From Myxococcales bacterium (lineage in GTDB: Bacteria > Myxococcota_A > UBA9042 > JABWCM01 > BTVJ01): 64,000 nt of DNA. The translations under genes were made by a program, and so were the position numbers. The notes beneath the pieces were generated by a model, which was not told the DNA's origin, searched no databases, and saw only the letters and a program-made list of their open reading frames with translations. Positions 1 to 7,600 of this stretch are shown here, one piece after another. Position 1 is the first letter of the stretch. Each line of letters opens with the position of its first letter. The stretch covers positions 1 to 64,000 of the forward strand of contig BTVJ01000041.1 of the NCBI GenBank assembly GCA_045863395.1. Reading direction: 5' to 3'.

Positions 1-125
1 TAGCGGGGGGTAGCGGGGGGTAGCGGGGGGTAGCGGGGGGTAGCGGGGGGTAGCGGGGGGTAGCGGGGGGTAGCGGGGGGTAGCGGGGGGTAGCGGGGGG
101 TAGCGGGGGGTAGCGGGGGGTAGCG
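1..125. repeat. Perfect 10-bp tandem repeat (TAGCGGGGGG) x12 plus a partial TAGCG, open at the left edge
   Basis: Directly visible; 12 identical units from base 1. Confidence 0.98.
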
Positions 126-732
126 TCGGACTGCCCCCCCACCTCCGGGCGCCGAGGCACCGCCCGTCAGCCCTGGCGATCACGCCGACGGGTACCGTTG
201 GGACGTCCGTCCGGCGTGCCGGCCCCCATACGGGTGCCGGGCAGGGGTCCGTCACGCTCGACCACCCACCAGACGGGAGCTGGCGGTGTGGTCCGCACGG
301 GTGACGGGTGGCACCACGGGAGCCGGCGGTGGGGTCGTCACCGGTGCCGAGGGGGGCGCGGGAGGCCGGGGGCGGGGCGTCAGCCGGCGCCGGTGGAGAT
401 TCGCGCACCAGCACGCGGGCACCGGCAGTGCGCCGCTGCACGCCGGCAGCCCCGCGCTGCGTGGTCACTCGAACACGCGTGCTGAGCGGCCCCGGGAGGC
501 AGAGTCGAAGTGGCGCCCCCAGTCCGCATCACCGCCAGCAGCTCCTGCCGCCCCGCCAGGTCCTCAACGTTCTGCGCTGCCCGGGCCGGGGCCCGCGCCC
601 GGGCGGCATGCCGGCGTGGAGGGGCCGCGTCGCGACCGGGGGCGATCAGGGCGCCTGGAAGTGACGCGCGCCCCCTGGACTGAGTGCGGGCGGTGAGCTA
701 CGGTGACGCCCCTCCAATGACGAGGTGTGACC

Positions 733-1200
733 ATGGACGAGGCGTTCGAGCAGAGGCTCGTGGAGGACATGGCGGCGCGCGGGATCCGGGGGGACCACCT
801 GGTCTTCGGCCAGTCGTGTCACTCGGTGGCGGAGGCCGCCGAGGTCGCGGGTGCCCAGCCGACGGACTTCGTCAAGAGCATCTGCCTCGTGGGGGCGGAC
901 GGCGGGCTCATCGTGGCCGTCGTGAAGGGCGAGGACCGGGCGAGCGGCTCGCGGGCGGCGAAGCTGGTCGGCGTCCCGTCGGCGCGCCCGGCCACGCCGG
1001 ACGAGATGCTCTCGCTGACCGGCTACCCGTGCGGCGGGACCCCTCCATTCGGCTATGTGGCGCGCTTCCTCGTGGACGAGCGCGTCCTGGAGACGCCCGT
1101 CGTCTACGGCGGCGGAGGCTCGGAGCGAAGCCTCGTGCGGCTCGCGTCGGCGGAACTCGTGCGGGCGAACGGTGGACACGTCGGGCGCGTGCGGCGGTAG
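733..1200 (+). CDS. YbaK/EbsC/ProX family aminoacyl-tRNA deacylase
   Basis: HSVAEAA...FVKSI...TGYPCGGTPPFG...VDE...YGGGGS...L motifs typical of the YbaK fold; GAGGTG RBS before ATG 733. Confidence 0.88.
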   Translation: MDEAFEQRLVEDMAARGIRGDHLVFGQSCHSVAEAAEVAGAQPTDFVKSICLVGADGGLIVAVVKGEDRASGSRAAKLVGVPSARPATPDEMLSLTGYPCGGTPPFGYVARFLVDERVLETPVVYGGGGSERSLVRLASAELVRANGGHVGRVRR

Positions 1201-1359
1201 GCGTGGCGGCGGGGGTGGCGCCCCTGCGCCTTGCGGACACGGGGATCTGGCATGCCCGCCTCGCGGCCTTCCTGATCGGGCTCGCACCGTTCGCCACGGG
1301 GACGGGCGGAGCGGCGCGCTACACGCAGGCCCTCGCGCCCACTCCGGTGCAGGGTGGCG

Positions 1360-1745
1360 CTACCAGAGCAGGGACCACGCGCCCGGGTCATCGAGCGCCG
1401 CGTGCGCCGCCACGCCCTGGAGGGTGGCCGCGTCCGCGCCGTTGACGCCTCCCAGGAACGTGGCGCCCTCGGGGGACGCGCCGAGCAGGGCCGCGTGGAA
1501 GACGGCCACCGCGAGGTACGTGCCCGCCTTGGACGGGTGGCTGCCGTCCGGCGAGAAGAGGCCAATCCCCGGCGCCTCGGACAGCGACGCCCGCCACGCC
1601 GGGCCCACCGGGGCCACCGACGCGCCGAGGATCGCTGCGACCTCCAGGTAGGCAGCCGTCAGCGAGGCCTGCATCGCCGCGAAGTCGGCGAAGGGCGGGC
1701 TGCACAGGTCCCCCGCGCACTGCTGGCCGCCCGCTTCGACCCATC
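1360..1745 (-). pseudogene. 5'-truncated SGNH/GDSL hydrolase (C-terminal half)
   Basis: VAPVGPAW...LFSPDGSHPSKAGTYLA block V DxxHP motif. The frame stays open only about 28 codons upstream of ATG 1674 before a TAG, so the N-terminal GxS block is missing. Left boundary of homology is approximate. Confidence 0.65.
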
Positions 1746-1901
1746 GCCCCGCACAAAACTACCCACTACAACGCGCCAGAGCCCGTGGCGCCCACCGCCC
1801 GATGGTCGCTCCTGACCTTGGCGCCCCCGCCAACCCTCCCCCGGCCTCCTCTCCCACGCAACCCGCCCCCCGTGAACCCGCCTCGCGCTCCCGAAACCGC
1901 G

Positions 1902-2930
1902 ATGAAGGTTCCTATCCGCCCGGGCGCGAGAGGCAGGCGCTCCTGGGCAGGCGGTCCTACGGTCTGGTCCGCCGCTCGCTGACGGGGCATGAGGCCATCG
2001 GCATCCTGATCGATCCGCGCCACGAGGGGGTGGATCTGCGCGGCGGTCCCGAGAGCTACCGCACGGGCTCAGGATACAACGCACGCGCCATGCGGCAGGA
2101 TCGCCCGCCCGAGCGTGGTCAGCTCCTGTTCTACGCCCAGGGGCCACCACGAGGAGCTGTTCACCCTGCTCGCAAACGCGATCCTCCGGGCGATCAGCGC
2201 CGTAGGGCGCGACCCGGCCGCCTCGGTCGAGAGCGAGATCGAGGCGCTGCGCGCCGCCCTCCGGCCGGTGCCCTCGGACCTTGAACAAGGAGATCGGCTG
2301 TCCAGCCCCGCCGTGATCGCGCAGACGCGGCTCAGCCTGAAGCTGGCCCGGCGGGATGCCGAGGGGCTCGCGGCCAACGGCTGGGCTGTGAAGAAGACGG
2401 ACGCGCTGGAGGCGGACCTCGCCGCGCTGGAGGCGGCCAACGCCTCGTACACGGCGCGCTTCGGCGCTCACTCGGCCAACGGCAAGGCGGTGGCTGCGGC
2501 CGTGGGGAGCGCCAAGAAGTGGCGGGTCCGCACCCTGGCCATCGGGCATGCAGCCCTGACCGGGGAGGCGCTCGGGGCGTTGGAGAAGGCGACCTCGCCT
2601 ACGAGGGGCAGGGCGGACCGCCTGGCCCAGCAGATTCAGGCCCTCGCGGACATCGTCGAGGCTCACGAGGCCCTCTTCAAGGAGGAGGGCGCGAGCGACG
2701 GGCACCTCGCGGAGGGTAAGGCGCTCGCCGCCGCACTTGCGCAGGGCACGGCGACCCAGGCGAGCCGCCGCCGGGACCTGCCCGCCGCCCACGACGAGCT
2801 GGACGAGCTGGACGGGCGCATCTTCTTCCAGCTCAAGGCGCTCCACCGCTCCGGCCGCGCCCACCATCTCACCGTCGGCGATCGCGCCCGCGCCAACGAG
2901 TACAATCTGGATCTGCTCTACAACCGCTAG
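1902..2930 (+). pseudogene. Hypothetical alpha-helical protein, apparently with two compensating frameshifts (or read errors) in its 5' third
   Basis: 2142-2930 reads as a convincing GC3-rich helical protein (HHEELFTLLANAILRA...EYNLDLLYNR). About 1925-2140 is coding-like in another frame, joined across the GGGG run at 2140-2143. ATG 1902 is in the downstream frame. Confidence 0.55.
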
Positions 2931-2932
2931 AC

Positions 2933-3346
2933 CTCGCCGGCGCCGGAGGAGGGCTGCACGGCGCCGGGGCACCTCTGCACGGCGGCCGGAGCAGGGCTGC
3001 GCGGCGCCGGGGCACCTCTGCACGATGGTTGGACCAGGACTGCACGGCGCTGGTGCACCTCTGCGCGGCGCCGGAGCAGGGCTGCGCGGCGCGGAGAGAC
3101 CGCTGCACGGCGGCCGGAGCAGGGCTGCACGGCGCCAGAGGCGGGCTGCACGGCGCCAGGGGCGGGCTGCACGGCGCCAGGGGCGGGCTGCACGGCGCCA
3201 CGGGCGGGCTGCACGGCGCCAGGGGCGGGCTGCACGGCGCCAGGGGCGGGCTGCACGGCGCCGGGACAGCGCGGCACGGCTCCGGAGCACCACCGCACGG
3301 CGCCAGAGGCGGGCTGCACGGCGCCGGAGGCGGGCTGCACGGCGCC
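2933..3346. repeat. Degenerate 21(-22)-bp tandem repeat array, about 20 units, core CTGCACGGCGCC plus a variable 9-10 nt tail
   Basis: Units aligned by eye, e.g. CTGCACGGCGCCAGGGGCGGG at 3146, 3167, 3209 and 3230; early units alternate GCACCT-type and CAGGG-type tails. Confidence 0.95.
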
Positions 3347-3427
3347 CCACAGCTTCACTGCAACGGAGGCCGTCGGCTCCCCTTGCAGGATTGCGAGCAG
3401 GACGCTGGAGTCGATGGTGCTCGGCAT
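3347..3427 (-). pseudogene. vapC: VapC/PIN toxin N-terminal fragment, cut off by the 21-bp array
   Basis: MPSTIDSSVLLAILQGEP matches the PIN N-terminal D-[ST]-S-x-L motif. It starts immediately after the antitoxin stop (TGA-ATG) and runs into the repeats after about 27 codons. Confidence 0.72.
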
Positions 3428-3739
3428 TCAGCTTCGCTCCTCTCGCGCGGACTCGAGCGCCAGCAGAAGATCGACGGGCGGCGCTTCGAGCGGCTGCTGT
3501 TGCAGGAGGTCGAGCGCCAGGCTCCGGCCCTGGCGCGCGCGCGTGAGGCGGCCACGAAGCTCCTCGTCGTTCACAAATGCCTCCCACCGGGAGACGCGCC
3601 CGCTCACCACCGTGCGAGGTGTGCTGATCTCCACCACCACCTCGTCGCGGTCGGTGACCAGGATCACCTCGCCGTCGCGCGCAAGGCGGATATACTCGCT
3701 CAGCTTGTTCTTGAGTGCCTTGATCCCAACAGCCTTTCT
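3428..3739 (-). pseudogene. Phd/YefM family antitoxin; expected start codon position reads AGA
   Basis: KAVGIKALKNKLSEYIRLARDGEVILVTDRDEVVVEI is a typical Phd N-terminus; no ATG at the expected position (3737-3739). Confidence 0.8.
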
Positions 3740-3748
3740 GGTCCGAAC

Positions 3749-3765
3749 GTAGCTACCGTGGCTAC
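3749..3765. promoter_or_regulatory. Probable TA autoregulatory operator: tandem palindromes GTAGCTAC / GTGGCTAC
   Basis: One perfect and one near-perfect 8-bp palindrome about 10 bp upstream of the antitoxin start. Confidence 0.6.
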
Positions 3766-3961
3766 CGGCGGCAATCGCGGGCAGGGGGAGGCCCGTTCGA
3801 AGTGGCGGAGGAGGGACCCAACAGTGCTCCGCAAGGCGACCCGACTGTCAGATAGCCGGGTTGCCCGCCGAGGAGCTCGGCGGGTTGGGTGCCCCGCAGC
3901 AAGGACACGACCGATTCCGGCCCTGCAGCCAGATCTCGGATCGGCGCTGACCGCCGCTTCC

Positions 3962-4684
3962 ATGAGTCTGTCTTTGCCGCACGCTGGCTTTGCGAAGCAC
4001 TGGCGGCTAGCGTTTTTGGGGAGTGCCCGCAGGCTGATGGCCTGGCGCCAACTCTGGGCGATCACCCCCCCCGAGCGCCTCCGCCTCCGCGCGATCCTCG
4101 ACGCGGTCGTCGCGAAGCTCTACGGCCTCTCCGCCGACGACCTCGGGTGGATCCTCCGCGACTGCGACCACCCGGTCGACAGAGTCTGCGACAAGCCGTT
4201 CTCGCGCACCCTCGACCCCAAGGGCTTCTGGCGGGTGGACAAGGACAAGCCGCCGGAGCTGCGGCACACCGTCCTGTCTCTCGTGGCCTTCCACGAGCTG
4301 GAGCGGGTGGGCCTCGACGCCTTCCTCGCCCAGAACGACGGCGACGGGTGGGCGCTGCCCGAGACGCTGCGGCTCGCCGACTACGGCCTCGGGCACGACT
4401 CCCGCGCCACGTCACACCAGCCGGTCGCCGCCGCCCTGGGTGAGCGCTTCCTGCCGTGGCAGCTCGCGCAGTCTCCCGAGGAGTCCTGGGAGGAGTGCCG
4501 GCGCCACGCCGAGCTCATCGACCGCATCCTCGGCGTGCCTCGCGCGGAGCCGGCGCCGGAGCCTGGCGCCACGGAGAGGCCCCCGAGCGGAGGCGCGCCG
4601 CCCCCGACCGACCTCTTGGGCGACCCGATCCAGACCGACCTCTTCGGCAACCCGGTCTACACGCAGCCCAAGCGGCGGAGGTGA
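3962..4684 (+). pseudogene. C-terminal fragment of an Eco57I/PglX/DrmMI-like type IIG N6-adenine methyltransferase
   Basis: LWAITPPERLRLRAILDAVVAKLYGLSADDLGWIL...LDPKGFWRVDK resembles the C-terminus of large type IIG MTases (R..LDA.VA.LYGL motif). No catalytic NPPY/W region is present upstream. It abuts the helicase gene. Confidence 0.7.
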
Positions 4685-4688
4685 GCCC

Positions 4689-7600
4689 GTGCTGAACCCC
4701 ATCACCTACACGGAGCGCGTGGTCGAGGACTTCCTGCGCTACCAGCTCACCACCTACCCGTTCACCGACGAGCGCCTGGCGCGGCAGATGCGCGAGCTGC
4801 TCTCCCTCGCCCGGTCGCGGGAGACGCCGCTGCTCCGGGGCCCCTACGTGAGCCTGAGCCGCCCGTTCGAGGAGGGCCCGACCGTCGCCTCCCTGGTGGC
4901 GGAGGGGCTGTTCCACCCGCACATGGTGAACCTGATCCCCCACCCGACGCTCTACGGCCACCAGGGCGCGGCGGTGCGGCACATCATCGCCGAGCGGCGC
5001 CCCACCATCGTCTCGACGGGCACCGGGTCCGGGAAGACCGAGTGCTTCTTGTACCCGATCATCAGCCGGTGCCTGGCGCTCCGCGACGAGCCGGACGGCA
5101 TCGTGGCGGTCGTCGTCTACCCGATGAACGCGCTCGCCGAGGACCAGCTCGGCCGCCTCCGCGCGCTGCTCTGCGGCACGGGCGTCACCTTCGGCATGTA
5201 CGTGGGGGGGACGCCGGAGCGCGACGCCGAGGTTGCCGGGGTCGTGCTGCGGCAGGGCGCCTCCAAGGCCGACTACGAGCGCGCGCTGGAGGAGCAGGCG
5301 GCCGAGCAGAGCGGGCGGGCCGTGCACCCGCCCGAGGAGCGGGCGTCCCGGGAGGCCATGCGCAGCCGCCCGCCGCGGATCCTGCTCACCAACGTGAAGC
5401 AGCTCGAGTACCTGCTCACCCGGCAGAAGGACGTGGAGCTGTTCGACGGGGCGCGGCTCGAGCTCCTGGTGTTCGACGAGGCGCACACGTTCAGCGGAGC
5501 CGCCGGCGCCGAGTCCGCCTGCCTGGTACGGCGGCTCCGGGAGTTCTGTGGCCGGTCCGCCGAGCAGACCGTCTGCGTCGCCACGTCGGCCACCATCGCC
5601 GATCCCCACGGGGCGGCGGACGCCCCACGTCACTTCGCGTCGCGGTTCTTCGGGGTGGCGCCGGACAGCGTTGCGGTCGTCACGGAGCGGTACGCGCGGG
5701 CTCCCTGGCCGGACGAGCGGGTCGTGCCCCCGGCCCTGGCTGGCGCAGCGAACATCCACCTCGACAACGTCCTGTCCGCGCTGCGGAGCGTCGAGGACCA
5801 GCCCGCGGTGCCGGGGTCCATGGAGCTGCTGCGCCGCACCTTCGAGAGCATGACGGGCACGACCCTCGACCGGCACCGGTGGCGCGAGAGCCTCTACGAG
5901 CGCCTCGCGGGCAACGAGGTGGTCTACCAGGTCGCCGCTGCCCTGGAGCGACCGCGGCCGCTGGCGGAGCTGGTCGAGGCGCTTGCGGCCCGGGTCGGCC
6001 GCCCGGTCCCCGAGGAGGAGGTCCTGCTCTGGCTGGCGCTCGGGGCCGCCGCGCGGGACGACGGGCGCCCGCTGCTGCGCCCGGTGGTGCACGCCTTCGT
6101 GCGGGGCGTCGGAGGCGCCGTCGTCACCTTCGCGGACGGCGCGGACGACCCGGTGCTCTGGCTCTCGGCGGAGGACGCGGGCGGAGCGGGCTCGGGGCAG
6201 CGCGCCAGGCTCCCGGTGCTGTCGTGCACGACCTGCGGGCAGCACTACTTCGAGCACCACCTGGAGGACTTCGGCCTCACGGACCGCGCCCCGAGCGGAG
6301 GGCGGACGGACGGCCACCGCCGGCACTGGCGCCCCCTGGACGCGGCCCAGGAGGACAGCCGCCGCGTCGTCCTGCTGGACCGGTCCATCGGTGACGAGGG
6401 GGAGGACGGGGACGCTCCGAAGGACGCCGTGGCGCTGGCGCTGTGCCGCCGCTGTGGCACGGCCTCCCTCGACACCGAGCCGTGCAGCCAGTGCGGCAGC
6501 GGAGCGCCGGTGCCGCTGCTGGTGGTGCGGCAGAAGCACGACCGGCCGGGCAAGCTCACGCGCTGTGTGTCCTGCGGCACTTCGGGCCGCGTCGTGATGG
6601 GCCGCTACCGGGAGCCGGCGCGGCCAGTGCGGGCGCTGGCGGTGGCGGACGTCCACGTGCTGGCGCAGAGCCTCATCCAGCACGCGGAGCGGCGCCGCCT
6701 GCTGGTCTTCACGGACAACCGCCAGGACGCGGCCTTCCAGGCGGGCTGGATGCAGGACCGCGCGCGCCGCTACCGCCTGCGCGCCCTGATGGCGGAGCGG
6801 CTGCGCCGGGGGCCGGTGGGCGTGTCCGATCTGGCAGGCTGGCTCGACGCCCTGATGGACCAGGACGACGACCTGTCGAGGGTCCTCGTGCCGGAGGTGT
6901 GGCGCAAGGTGCCCAAGTCCAAGGTCGGCGTCGAGCACCAGCACGAACGCCGGTACTTCCTGACCATCCAGGTGCTCCGCGAGATCACGACGAGCCCGCG
7001 CCAGCGCATCGGCCTCGAGCCGTGGGGGCGCCTTCGCGTGGAGCACGAGGGCCTCGACGCGACGCTGCCGTTCTTCCTCCAATGGGCGCCGGTCCTGGGC
7101 TGCTCCGCCGCGGAGCTCCGCGACGGAGTGGCGACGCTGCTCGACGGCTTCCGCCGGCGCCTGCTGCTGCACCACCCGTCGGGGCTCTACTCGCGCTTCT
7201 GGCGGGACGGGGCGCCCGAGGTGGTCGCGGGCTACCTGCCGCTCCTGGAGGGTGTGCCCAAGGGCCTCAAGCTGCGTCGCGACCGCGACGACGACGAGCG
7301 GCGCATCGACCAGCTCATCCCCTCGCGGAACCAGACCGTGACGACGCAGGCGGCGTTGCGGTGGGGTGTGCCGGAGGGCGACGTCGTCGGGTTCGTGGAG
7401 GCGCTGTGGCGGCTCCTGACCGAGCTGGGCCTGCTCGTGCCTGTGACGCTCCGCGGGGTGAGCCCGCGCCTCACTCCCCTGCCCCGCTGCGCGGGCGCCC
7501 ACCAGATCGACGCGGACCGGCTGCTCCTCACGGCGTCGAGCAAGGTCTGGCGGTGCCGTGTCTGCCGGAGGACCCAGGCACGACGGACGCCGGGCGCCGC

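Noticed and set aside
126..726. Possible CDS or structured RNA between the decamer repeat and the ybaK-like gene
   Set aside because: Several frames are open but none has recognisable motifs or a clear RBS; no call is supportable.
2933..3346. 21-bp array as a CRISPR or TIGR-type guide array
   Set aside because: The variable parts are only 9-10 nt and are related or identical to one another rather than unique spacers; no cas or Nop-domain gene is recognisable nearby.
3029..4684. 551-aa ORF as a single real protein
   Set aside because: It is a read-through of the repeat array and the antisense of the TA genes; only the last ~240-260 codons look like a real (MTase) sequence.
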